Shown here one piece after another: positions 39,672 to 48,722 of a stretch of 64,000 nt of DNA. A program made the position numbers and the translations under genes. The stretch lies in the IMG/VR virus record IMGVR_UViG_3300020325_000015; one strand, given 5' to 3'. Every line of letters begins with the position of its first letter. The first letter of the stretch is position 1. This DNA is from an uncultured virus (IMG/VR IMGVR_UViG_3300020325_000015) (taxonomy: Duplodnaviria > Heunggongvirae > Uroviricota > Caudoviricetes). The notes below the pieces were generated by a model. That model was not told the DNA's origin. It saw only the letters and a program-made list of their open reading frames with translations, and ran no database searches.

Positions 39672-39866
39672 ATGAATAAATATAAAAATAAATTTTATTG
39701 GAATGAGGAAACTTTAAACTATTTTAAAGATTTAAAAAATAAAAATGAAAAAGAATTTTATAGAAAAGTAAATGAATTTGTAAAATATGAATGTGATTTA
39801 GAAGAAAATGAATATATAGAAGATTTACAAACTGATTTAATAATTCAAGTAATAAATAAAAAATAA
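39672..39866 (+). CDS. early hypothetical protein
   Basis: 64 aa. Confidence 0.55.
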   Translation: MNKYKNKFYWNEETLNYFKDLKNKNEKEFYRKVNEFVKYECDLEENEYIEDLQTDLIIQVINKK

Positions 39867-39869
39867 AAT

Positions 39870-40151
39870 ATGAAATTAATACATGTTACAAAAAATAATT
39901 CTAAAGTATATAGATTAAAAGATAATAGAATTGGTATAATTTATAATAGTGGTTACGTAAGAGTAAGTAAAAAATTAAATAAAAAATATAATGATTATAA
40001 ATTTCAAATGAAATTTCTATATCAAATAAATAAAAAAGTTGAAGTATATGAAAATTGTTGTAGTAAATTTCCATATAATGTAAGAGTTTTAATAGAAAAA
40101 GAATGTGATAGATTTAAACATCTACAAAATTTTGAAAATAAAAATTGTTAA
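39870..40151 (+). CDS. early hypothetical protein
   Basis: 93 aa. Confidence 0.6.
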   Translation: MKLIHVTKNNSKVYRLKDNRIGIIYNSGYVRVSKKLNKKYNDYKFQMKFLYQINKKVEVYENCCSKFPYNVRVLIEKECDRFKHLQNFENKNC

Positions 40152-40154
40152 AAT

Positions 40155-40388
40155 ATGAATGTAATAGATTATATAAATAAACATTATAATAATAATAATA
40201 ATATACCAAATAATTTTTCTGTTCAAATATATGATAAAAAAACAGATAATAAATTAGATGTAATATATATAAATAATGTAATAAACTTAAATATTGATGA
40301 TGAAAATTTTCAAGAAAAGTTTGTAAAATATTTATTAAAAGATGAATTAACTTATAATATGAATGATATTTATTATTCAATATTATAA
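40155..40388 (+). CDS. early hypothetical protein
   Basis: 77 aa. Confidence 0.5.
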   Translation: MNVIDYINKHYNNNNNIPNNFSVQIYDKKTDNKLDVIYINNVINLNIDDENFQEKFVKYLLKDELTYNMNDIYYSIL

Positions 40389-40760
40389 ATAAAAAAATAA
40401 AATATGAATGAAATTAAAAAAGATATTGAAAGTTTATTAGATGATTTTAACTTAGATGAATTTTCATCTCATTTCAGTAATGAAAATGATTTTAAATATT
40501 TAGTAAAAAATCTAACAAATTATGTAAAATTTAAAATAAATGAAAACAATAAAATTAAATAAAAAAGAAATAGAATTAATAACTGAATCTTGTAAATTTT
40601 ATATGGAAATATTAAAAGAAGATTCAACATTTGAAATTTCAAATAATAAAAAATTCTATGAGTTAAATGATATATTAATAAAATTAAAATAAAATGAAAT
40701 TCACTAGAATAGATAAAAAAAGATTTAATACATTTTATAACCGATTAAAAAATAAAAGTA

Positions 40761-40994
40761 ATGACAAAAGTAAAAAAAGTAAAATTCGATAGAGACGAAG
40801 TATATAATGATTGGATTCAAAATCATGATGATTTAAGTCATGATGAAATATCTGATTATATAGAAAAAATTAAATTCTTATATGAAGAGAGTAATGATGA
40901 AGATTTTAAATTCTTTCAAAATCAAGACCCAATGGAAATTGATGATATGTGGTCAAATTATTGGGAAGGTTACAAAAAATTTATAAATAAATAA
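40761..40994 (+). CDS. acidic early protein
   Basis: 77 aa, Asp/Glu/aromatic-rich. Confidence 0.6.
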   Translation: MTKVKKVKFDRDEVYNDWIQNHDDLSHDEISDYIEKIKFLYEESNDEDFKFFQNQDPMEIDDMWSNYWEGYKKFINK

Positions 40995-40999
40995 AAAAA

Positions 41000-41033
41000 T
41001 ACGTTACAAATGAAATCAACATTCGATAATAAT
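41000..41033 (+). promoter_or_regulatory. promoter-like motif, copy 3
   Basis: TACGTTAC-N17-GATAATAAT. Confidence 0.7.
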
Positions 41034-41206
41034 ATAAAAGATAAAAAGTTGAAACAAAAAATAATTAATTTGTTAGCAATTGAAAAAATTAAATATAGTT
41101 TAAATAATTTTAAAAATTGCTATACACAACATCAACCGAAATCGATTCAAAAATACTTTTCAAATGAACTGGAAAGAATTGATAAAGAATTAAATAAAAT
41201 AAAAAT

Positions 41207-41521
41207 ATGATAGTAAAAAGAAATGATTTTAATAGATTAATAATAAATGACTTTATGTCAGGTTCTTTACCTAATGGATATGAAAAACATTTAAATGGTA
41301 AATTTGTATATGAATTAGAAAAAGAATTTGATGGTACAAAAGTTTGTTACATTAAAACTTCAATGGGTGTAGAAAAAATATATCTTCAGGATAAAGATGA
41401 TATAGACTACAGTGTTGAAAGAATAAATGAAACAATTGAAAATCTAGATGAAATATATCAAGATGAAAAAGAAATAGATGAGTATTGTTTAAATAATCCT
41501 TGGACATACTCAGGAACATAA
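41207..41521 (+). CDS. early hypothetical protein
   Basis: 104 aa. Confidence 0.6.
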   Translation: MIVKRNDFNRLIINDFMSGSLPNGYEKHLNGKFVYELEKEFDGTKVCYIKTSMGVEKIYLQDKDDIDYSVERINETIENLDEIYQDEKEIDEYCLNNPWTYSGT

Positions 41522-41817
41522 TAATAAATAAATTAAATAAAATGAGAAAAGTAATAAATAATATAAAATTAGAAACATTAATAACAATAATTGGTAGTTT
41601 AATATTTATACCAATGTGGATTTTTACAATTATTGGTTTAATAAACGAATATGTAATATGAATAATAGTATTGTAAATATAATAGAATATGTAATTCAAA
41701 ATTATGAACATTTGAATTCAGTTGAAATGTGTCAAATCATACTTAATAAATATGATATTGAAATAACTGATGACATAGTTGATTACATTGTAGAACATAA
41801 TAAATTAAATAAAGTAA

Positions 41818-42234
41818 ATGAGTAAAATAGAAAATTGTATTGGTAGTGGAGTTAAAATAACTCAAGTTGAATTCAACATTGGTCTTAATGGTCATATGTA
41901 TACTGAAAATGGTGTTGCAACTTTATTAAGACAAGCTGGGTTTAAAATATATGACGATGCTTATTTTGTAGACAATGGTAAGTATTTAGGAAATGATGAA
42001 CCAACTTTTGTAGGTTTGACTTCAATAATTGCTTCTATAAAAGAAATAAAAGATAAAGTAAAAGATTTATGCGATATATTACAACAAGATTGTATTGCAA
42101 TTCTTATTGATAATTATAAAGGTAAATTAATATATAATAAAAGACATCTAAAGCAAGTACCTAAATTAAAATTTGATTCAGATTTGTTTATAGATGCATA
42201 TAATAAAGATAATTTTAATAAAAATTTTAAATAA
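41818..42234 (+). CDS. SAM lyase (T3 SAMase-like), putative anti-restriction protein
   Basis: GKY...EPTFV...LC...QQDCIAI...GKLIY parallels the T3 SAMase GCY...EEKTV...EQDCVLV...GLVY pattern (from memory). Confidence 0.6.
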   Translation: MSKIENCIGSGVKITQVEFNIGLNGHMYTENGVATLLRQAGFKIYDDAYFVDNGKYLGNDEPTFVGLTSIIASIKEIKDKVKDLCDILQQDCIAILIDNYKGKLIYNKRHLKQVPKLKFDSDLFIDAYNKDNFNKNFK

Positions 42235-42500
42235 TGAAAGATAAAAAATATATAACAGTTCTTGATTCAGAAAAAAGTAAAGTTTTTCAATATGAATTAA
42301 TAGAATGGTTTAAAAATACTGAAGATGCTGAACAATTTTTAGATGATAAAGGTCATAATATGACAAATTGTCAGTGGATGGAAACAAATGGTGAGATTAT
42401 AACTTTTAATCATAGCGATGATGTATTTGATTATGGTTATAAAAGAAATTTAGATAGATATGATATTAATACCGATGGAACAAGAGAAATCGTTGGATGA
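42234..42500 (+). CDS. early hypothetical protein
   Basis: 88 aa; YITVLD...V.QY...GH...NCQWM. Confidence 0.6.
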   Translation: MKDKKYITVLDSEKSKVFQYELIEWFKNTEDAEQFLDDKGHNMTNCQWMETNGEIITFNHSDDVFDYGYKRNLDRYDINTDGTREIVG

Positions 42501-42610
42501 TAACTGGTGCTATTATTGTAATAGCAAATATACATTAATAAAAACATCTAAAAACCATTATTTATGTATGAGTTGCGGATGTATAACTAAAACAAAATAA
42601 TTATGAAAAA

Positions 42611-42644
42611 TACGTTACAAACTAATATTGATGACGATAATATA
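42611..42644 (+). promoter_or_regulatory. promoter-like motif, copy 4
   Basis: TACGTTAC-N17-GATAATATA. Confidence 0.75.
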
Positions 42645-42838
42645 AGTAAAGAAATAATAAATATGTTTAACGAATTAGAAGTTGAAGATATAAATGAAAT
42701 AAATAAATTAAAAAATGTTTAATAAAGTAGAAAAAGAATTATTGACCGATATATTGCAAAATGCAATTAATAGCGATGACTATAAAAACTATGGGCCAGT
42801 AATAAAAAATATATACTATAAACTAAATTTAAAATAAT

Positions 42839-43033
42839 ATGAATAAATTTTGTAGATGTGGTTCAGTACTACACCCCGTAAGAATAGAATTAGGTTATAA
42901 TAAATGTGTGCAATGCTCTGACATTCAGCAAGTTAGTTATGTACCTATAATAGAACATAAAACTGGTAATAGTATTCAAATCGTATCGCAAGAATTAAGT
43001 AACTTAGTACATAAATCATGGCGAAGAAAATAA
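42839..43033 (+). CDS. DksA/TraR-type C4 zinc-finger protein
   Basis: CRCG..LHPVRIELGYNKCVQC. Confidence 0.55.
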   Translation: MNKFCRCGSVLHPVRIELGYNKCVQCSDIQQVSYVPIIEHKTGNSIQIVSQELSNLVHKSWRRK

Positions 43034-43048
43034 ATTTGCTATACATAA

Positions 43049-43082
43049 TACGTTACAAATTAAAATTAAAAACGATAATATA
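43049..43082 (+). promoter_or_regulatory. promoter-like motif, copy 5
   Basis: TACGTTAC-N17-GATAATATA upstream of ATG 43099. Confidence 0.75.
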
Positions 43083-43098
43083 ATAAAATTAAATAAAT

Positions 43099-43335
43099 AT
43101 GAATAAAATAGACTTAAAAAATTATGCAGATATAATAGATTTAAAAAATAATGTTGAACAACATATAGATACATTCTCAGTTGAATATGCTATTGAAAAA
43201 GTATATCCTAAACTTATGAAATCTAAAAAGTTTTCAGTTCAAAATGTAATTGACTATATGACAATCAAAATTATGGAATTAGATTCTAAAAAAGAATGGT
43301 TAAAAGATGAAATAGATGAAGAGTACGTTGATTAA
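43099..43335 (+). CDS. hypothetical protein
   Basis: 78 aa. Confidence 0.55.
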   Translation: MNKIDLKNYADIIDLKNNVEQHIDTFSVEYAIEKVYPKLMKSKKFSVQNVIDYMTIKIMELDSKKEWLKDEIDEEYVD

Positions 43336-43426
43336 AAAAAAGAAAAAATAAAAAAAATGTTCTATTAAAAATGTCAAAAGAACAAATTGAATTGTTTGAA
43401 ATAGAATATTGGAAACGATATAATAT

Positions 43427-43500
43427 TGCGCGGTAGAGCAGATGGTCAGCTCGCGAGTCTCATAAACTCGAGGTCGGTGGTTCGAGTCCACCCCGCGCAT
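43427..43500 (+). tRNA. tRNA-Met (CAT)
   Basis: acceptor TGCGCGG/CCGCGCA, D stem GAGC/GCTC, anticodon arm CGAGT-CTCATAA-ACTCG, T arm GGTGG-TTCGAGT-CCACC; no encoded CCA. Confidence 0.92.
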
Positions 43501-43504
43501 CTAT

Positions 43505-43691
43505 TGAAAACGAATATACCTGAACGCGGTACAATTTAAAATACCAATGCAATCAAACCGTCGTTTTCATATTGGAGGTAGTCAGGAAGCTAAGAACAGT
43601 CACAGCTTGAAATAATAGTGTACGACTGAGACGCGAAAGATGATATAAACAGTTATGCAATTGCATATCATTCCTAGTTTCATCCGCCTCC
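43505..43691 (+). ncRNA. two candidate structured RNAs between the tRNAs
   Basis: closing stems TGAAAACGA/TCGTTTTCA and GGAGGT/GCCTCC with internal hairpins. Confidence 0.45.
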
Positions 43692-43695
43692 TTAT

Positions 43696-43768
43696 GCGAA
43701 AATAGCTCAATTGGCAGAGCATTAGATTTCCAATCTAAAGGTTGTGGGTTCGATTCCCACTTTTCGCT
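43696..43768 (+). tRNA. tRNA-Gly (TCC)
   Basis: acceptor GCGAAAA/TTTTCGC with U73, anticodon arm TTAGA-TTTCCAA-TCTAA, T arm GTGGG-TTCGATT-CCCAC. Confidence 0.92.
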
Positions 43769-43788
43769 CTAACTTTAAATTAAATAAA

Positions 43789-44121
43789 ATGGATTATATA
43801 AATAAATTAGAAAAATACTTAAGCAACAAATATGATAGTATTGTTGTAATTAAAGACGATTTGAGTAACCCCGACTTAGAATTATCTGAGTGGTATACTG
43901 CTGATGATTATACATTATATGTTATGACAAACGACGCTAGAAACATTGATTGGGAAAATGATGTATATTATTATGAACCTCAATTTGATACTATTATGGA
44001 TAGAATAGAAGAAACATGTCACGATTTAGGTTATGGCAGTGAAGTAAGAATATATGTGGATGCTGAATCTTATTTGCCTGAACAAGAAGTAATTGAATGG
44101 CTAGAACAAAAAGAAGATTAA
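43789..44121 (+). CDS. highly acidic protein (start MDYINK)
   Basis: the ORF-track GTG start lies inside the tRNA; ATG at 43789. Confidence 0.6.
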   Translation: MDYINKLEKYLSNKYDSIVVIKDDLSNPDLELSEWYTADDYTLYVMTNDARNIDWENDVYYYEPQFDTIMDRIEETCHDLGYGSEVRIYVDAESYLPEQEVIEWLEQKED

Positions 44122-44122
44122 T

Positions 44123-44359
44123 ATGTTAAGAGAAAAACACTTAAAGCTTGACCACGACGATTTAAAAGGTCAAGCACTTATATACATTATGAGTAGACAG
44201 GGTCCTTTAAATGAAAAGATAAAATATTGGGAAGATATGACTCCTGACGCATTCTTTGGGCCTAGTAAAGAAGAGATAGCTAAGCAAGTTGAATGTTTAA
44301 CTAGAAAACAAAAACTGTTAAAATATATGTACACTATAATTGTAAACCATGACTCCTGA
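44123..44359 (+). CDS. hypothetical protein
   Basis: 78 aa. Confidence 0.55.
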   Translation: MLREKHLKLDHDDLKGQALIYIMSRQGPLNEKIKYWEDMTPDAFFGPSKEEIAKQVECLTRKQKLLKYMYTIIVNHDS

Positions 44360-44642
44360 AGATTTAGAAAAACTAGCACAATTAGTAGCAGATAAAATCT
44401 TAGAAGAGTTTGATGCTAGAGTACAGCAGAACTTTAAACCTATGACTCCTAAAGAATTCTTTGAAGCTGAGGTTGATGGTTTTGGAAATATAAGACATCC
44501 TTCTAAAAAAGATATGTTGAAAGCTCAGCTATTAGATTTAGAAGCTAAACGAGCTAAGTTATTAGCCGACGAAAAATATGAATTAGTAATAGAATTAAAT
44601 GAAATATATGAAAGAATTAAAAAAGAATATGACAAACTTTAA
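44349..44642 (+). CDS. hypothetical protein with C-terminal UVR-like coiled coil
   Basis: L...EKYE...L..I motif. Confidence 0.5.
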   Translation: MTPEDLEKLAQLVADKILEEFDARVQQNFKPMTPKEFFEAEVDGFGNIRHPSKKDMLKAQLLDLEAKRAKLLADEKYELVIELNEIYERIKKEYDKL

Positions 44643-45489
44643 CGTAATGTTAGCTAAAGAGTTCGACCCTATGCAGAGAAGGCTCGATATTAAAAACTTT
44701 ATACAACCAAAATTAGATGGTGTTAGATGCTATATAACTAAAGACGGTGCATTTAGCAGAAACCATAAACCATTTAAAAATTGTAAACACATTACAACTA
44801 CACTACAATCTTTCTTTAAAGATTATCCTGATAGAATACTTGACGGCGAGTTGTACAATCATAAATTTAAAAATGATTTTAACAAAATTATATCGCTTGT
44901 TAAAAAACAAAAACCAACACAAGCTGATAAATTTGAATCTGCAATGTATTTACAGTTTCATTGCTACGACCAATTTATTCCAACTATATCTCAAAATGGA
45001 TTTAATCTTATTCCTTTTATAACAAGAAGTAATAGAATTAAAGGTTATAAAGAATATTATAAGTGGCGTTCAATTAAAACAGTTCCTACATATGAAGTTA
45101 CTTCAGATACAGAAATAAAAGACTATCATAATGAGTTTAAAGATTTAGGTTATGAAGGTTCAATACTTAGATATAATACTGCTTATGAAACTAAACGAAG
45201 TAATAATCTGATGAAAATAAAAGACTGGTCAGATACTGAAGCAACTATTACAGGTTATGTTGAAGGCAGAGGTAAATTTGCTAAAGGTCTTGGCAAGTGG
45301 CTAGCTGTTGATAAAGACGGTAGAGAAGTTGAAATACCTTGGCCTACATTATCTATTAGAAATAGAAGAGAAATGTGGCAAGCTAGAAATAGATATATAG
45401 GTAAAGTATTAACATTTGAATTCTTTGAAAGAACTCCAGCCGGAGCTTACAGATTTCCAAGAGCTAAAACAATCAGAAACTATGAGTAG
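44629..45489 (+). CDS. ATP-dependent DNA ligase
   Basis: KLDGVR, LDGELY, YEGSILR, LMKIK, RFP motifs; likely start MTNFNVMLAK. Confidence 0.9.
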   Translation: MTNFNVMLAKEFDPMQRRLDIKNFIQPKLDGVRCYITKDGAFSRNHKPFKNCKHITTTLQSFFKDYPDRILDGELYNHKFKNDFNKIISLVKKQKPTQADKFESAMYLQFHCYDQFIPTISQNGFNLIPFITRSNRIKGYKEYYKWRSIKTVPTYEVTSDTEIKDYHNEFKDLGYEGSILRYNTAYETKRSNNLMKIKDWSDTEATITGYVEGRGKFAKGLGKWLAVDKDGREVEIPWPTLSIRNRREMWQARNRYIGKVLTFEFFERTPAGAYRFPRAKTIRNYE

Positions 45490-45733
45490 CATATCTATAG
45501 CATCTTTCTTTGCACTAACTGCATACTTAGTTTGTATTCTTGGCGATACATTTAAACGTAACTTACTGATACTCATGCCTATAATGTTTATACTTGATGG
45601 CACAGCAGTAGCTGTAATTGCGTATATAGTTCAAATAAAATTGCCGATTGCGGTTGGTATTTTATTTGGTACAGTATTAAAAGTAATTGTATTTTTATTA
45701 TACCAAAAGCATTTTAGAAATGAGTCTAGGTAA
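45482..45733 (+). CDS. membrane protein
   Basis: three hydrophobic segments; start MSSISIA. Confidence 0.55.
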   Translation: MSSISIASFFALTAYLVCILGDTFKRNLLILMPIMFILDGTAVAVIAYIVQIKLPIAVGILFGTVLKVIVFLLYQKHFRNESR

Positions 45734-45874
45734 ACTAATAATAAATAATAAAACTTATATAATTAATACTGATGTTTCTCATAAAGTACAAGAAGCAACT
45801 ATCAACTCTATTATTGATAGTTATCCTAATTGTGAATGGGAATGGCACGATGAAATAAATTTTAAAGACGTAAT

Positions 45875-46033
45875 ATGAAAAAAACAAGAACATTAAAAAA
45901 GCTTAACATAGGTGTAAAAATTAAATTTAAGCCTTATAAAATCGGTGAGATACCAAAAGGATTTGATAAACATAATCGAGATTGGGTATGGTTTAATGAT
46001 AAAGGATTAACTTGGATATATAAAATTGATTAA
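45875..46033 (+). CDS. 52-aa protein similar to 39212..39418, not in the ORF track
   Basis: MKKTRTLKK...WFNDKGLTWIYKID. Confidence 0.55.
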   Translation: MKKTRTLKKLNIGVKIKFKPYKIGEIPKGFDKHNRDWVWFNDKGLTWIYKID

Positions 46034-46132
46034 TATGAGTAAAAAAATATATACACATTTTATAAGAACAAATGCTTTTAAAATAGCAGATAAAATTAAA
46101 GCTGAAAGAAAAAGCAATAAGAAAAAACGTAG

Positions 46133-46918
46133 ATGAAAAATTTTAATAAAAAAATATATTCATTAAATATTTCAACGCTTGAAAAAGTTAAGCAATCTAA
46201 TACAGATATTCCATTTGAATATTATAAGATGGCATTAAATATAGCTAATAGTTTTTCTAAAGATTATGGTGCTGTAGGTGTTGTTGATTTAAATGATTTA
46301 ACCCAAGAAGGTTATTTAGCTTTGTTAATATCATGGCGTAATATAAAATGGAATATAGTCAACGACATCAAGGATAAACTTGAAAAGCAAAAGACTATTT
46401 CTAAATATCTTAAAAAAAGTATTACTGGTATTCTTAAAGATAGAATAAAGGTTAATGCTGATGGCACTAAAAGACCTATTAAAGGTATATGGAGTAATGA
46501 GGAACAAAAGAAAATAACGGGTGGTTTTGGATATATAACAAAACTATTTCCACATTGGTTTGATACATCTATTATCAATATGGTCGATGAAGAGGTTTAT
46601 GAATATAGTTATGATAAATTAGGTGAGTATTTAGATAGCTGGTCTAAAAAGTATTTACCTAAACATCATTTAATGTTAAAAATGTTTTTTGGTTTAGATG
46701 ATGTTTATTCTAAGCCTAAAAAAATGATTGATATTGCTAATTATTTTGGTATAAAAGTTGAGAATGTTAGAAAACAAAAGCAGCGTATATTAGCTAAGTT
46801 AAAATCTAATGAGCTGGCTTTAAAAGAGTTAGCACACTTCGTTGCTATACACGGAATAAAAAGCTCTTCACAAGTTCATTTATATGCTGAAAAACATTTA
46901 AAGATTTATCAAAATTAA
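46133..46918 (+). CDS. sigma70-family RNA polymerase sigma factor
   Basis: region 2 DLNDLTQEGYLAL; region 4 FGL...DIANYFGIKVENVRKQKQRILAKLK. Confidence 0.75.
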   Translation: MKNFNKKIYSLNISTLEKVKQSNTDIPFEYYKMALNIANSFSKDYGAVGVVDLNDLTQEGYLALLISWRNIKWNIVNDIKDKLEKQKTISKYLKKSITGILKDRIKVNADGTKRPIKGIWSNEEQKKITGGFGYITKLFPHWFDTSIINMVDEEVYEYSYDKLGEYLDSWSKKYLPKHHLMLKMFFGLDDVYSKPKKMIDIANYFGIKVENVRKQKQRILAKLKSNELALKELAHFVAIHGIKSSSQVHLYAEKHLKIYQN

Positions 46919-46962
46919 CGTCTCATAATACAAATTTTGTACTATATTAATTATGTACTCTT

Positions 46963-47298
46963 ATGAATAAATTTAAAACTAAATACCAATTTTTACCGTC
47001 TACAATAGACGAGATGCAATATATAAAACGAGATAACTCTGAGTCTATGCACAACGACCAGAACTTACATTTTAAAAATCCTAATTATACAGTTAGCCAT
47101 GTAAAAGCTATCTCAGGGTCTAAATATTTAAATATTAAATCTAACCGTTTATCGGGCAAGGGAGTTAATAAAGAAAAAAATATATACAAAGACATTGAAG
47201 TTGATAAAAGTTCATTTTGTGTTTTTGGTAAATTACATGATATACAACATAAAAGATTATTTAAAAAGAATAATATTATTTATGATTTAATTTCATAA
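46963..47298 (+). CDS. hypothetical protein
   Basis: 111 aa. Confidence 0.5.
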   Translation: MNKFKTKYQFLPSTIDEMQYIKRDNSESMHNDQNLHFKNPNYTVSHVKAISGSKYLNIKSNRLSGKGVNKEKNIYKDIEVDKSSFCVFGKLHDIQHKRLFKKNNIIYDLIS

Positions 47299-47300
47299 AA

Positions 47301-47334
47301 TACGTTACAAACTATGAAAGCTCTCGATAATATA
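47301..47334 (+). promoter_or_regulatory. promoter-like motif, copy 6, upstream of the recombination/replication operon
   Basis: TACGTTAC-N17-GATAATATA. Confidence 0.75.
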
Positions 47335-47422
47335 AATAGCGAAACTAATTATGTAATAGGTGATGGTATTATAACTTATTACAAAAATGGATTATATACC
47401 GGTTATAAAATAATTGAATCAA

Positions 47423-47989
47423 ATGAATATAAGAGAAAAATTAAGTAAAATACAATTTGAATTTAAAGCCAAAAAATCAAGATATAATTCTTTTGGCAAA
47501 TACAACTTCAGGTCAGCTGAAGATATACTTGAAGCATTAAAACCATTTAATGATAAGTATGACGTACATTTTACAGTTGAAGAAAATTTAACCACTGGTG
47601 AATTTCCTATAATACATTCAGCTGCTAGAATTATAGATAATAAATCTGGTGATAAGATTTTAGCTACAGCAATAGTAGGTGTTGATTTACAAGCAAAAGG
47701 CCAACAAATGCCACAAAGATTTGGAAGTGCATCATCGTATGGTAAAAAATATGCACTTGGTAATCTGCTGTTAATTGATGATACAGCTGATTCTGACGCT
47801 ACTAATCAACATAATTATTCTAATAAGGTACAAACATTAAAGAATAAAATTAAAGCTTCTGAAAAGCCTTCTATTGATTCCAATAATTTAGCTCAAGCTA
47901 AAAAGTTTTTAGCAAATGGCGGATTAATGAAAACTCTTGAAGACAAATATACAATTTCTGAAGATGTCAGAACACAATTGAGTGAATAA
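47423..47989 (+). CDS. Erf-family single-strand annealing protein
   Basis: FGKYNFRSAEDIL, GSASSYGKKYAL..L..IDD..D.D. Confidence 0.85.
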   Translation: MNIREKLSKIQFEFKAKKSRYNSFGKYNFRSAEDILEALKPFNDKYDVHFTVEENLTTGEFPIIHSAARIIDNKSGDKILATAIVGVDLQAKGQQMPQRFGSASSYGKKYALGNLLLIDDTADSDATNQHNYSNKVQTLKNKIKASEKPSIDSNNLAQAKKFLANGGLMKTLEDKYTISEDVRTQLSE

Positions 47990-48713
47990 AAAAGAAATAC
48001 TTGAAAGGTTAAAAGATGATGAACATTATTATGGCGATTTTGGTAAAAAGTTTTTATCAAATAGTGATATTAATGCTTTAATTAACAATCCTATTAACTT
48101 TAAAAAAGAAACAAAACCCAGTACAGCATTAGTTATTGGAGGATATTTTCACACATGTATATTAGAACCTAATAAATTAGATAAGTATAAAATTATACCA
48201 ACAACCAGCAGAAATACAAAACTATATAAAGAATTATCTGATGGTGATATTTGTTTATTAGAAAAAGAAGCAGATGAAATTGCGTTAATGCGTGATAAAG
48301 TTTTAAGTATTGATTTATTTAAAGAATTAATACAAGAAGGAAAGGTTGAATATGAACAACCCGGAATAGTTGAATTAGAATCTTTACTATGGAAAGGTAA
48401 AGCGGATATTGTAAATCATAGTCAACAATTATTAGTTGATTTAAAAACTACAAGTAATATCTCTTCTTTTCATAGTTCAGCTTACAAGTTTAACTATGAC
48501 AGCCAAGCATATATTTATAGTAAAATGTTTGGATATGAGTTAGTATTTATTGTAATAGATAAATCAACTCATCAATTAGGTCTGTTTGATTGTAGCGAGG
48601 ATTTTTTACAATCAGGACAGAATAAAGTGGCTAAGGCAGTACAAGCTTATAACGAATTTTTTGTTGATAGTGGTGTTGACCTTAACCAATATTTTTTAAC
48701 TAAAACACTTTAA
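47982..48713 (+). CDS. PD-(D/E)XK exonuclease (RecE/DUF3799-like)
   Basis: G..FH..ILEP, KGKADI, DLKTT, Y..QAY.Y. Confidence 0.8.
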   Translation: MNKKEILERLKDDEHYYGDFGKKFLSNSDINALINNPINFKKETKPSTALVIGGYFHTCILEPNKLDKYKIIPTTSRNTKLYKELSDGDICLLEKEADEIALMRDKVLSIDLFKELIQEGKVEYEQPGIVELESLLWKGKADIVNHSQQLLVDLKTTSNISSFHSSAYKFNYDSQAYIYSKMFGYELVFIVIDKSTHQLGLFDCSEDFLQSGQNKVAKAVQAYNEFFVDSGVDLNQYFLTKTL

Positions 48714-48722
48714 TTTAATTTT

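Noticed and set aside
41010..41210. ORF start at 41010 (and similar ATGs at 42603 and 47314)
   Set aside because: These ATGs lie within or just before the promoter-like motifs, so true starts are probably downstream; left uncalled.
43300..43500. Minus-strand 66-aa ORF
   Set aside because: It is the antisense of the tRNA-Met gene.
43624..43675. Possible hammerhead ribozyme (CTGAGA...GAAA)
   Set aside because: The CUGANGA core is one base short, there is no stem II, and no correctly placed UH cleavage site.
39095..47334. Repeats as a CRISPR array or mini-array
   Set aside because: Copies are hundreds to thousands of bp apart with a variable middle; no repeat-spacer periodicity or cas genes.
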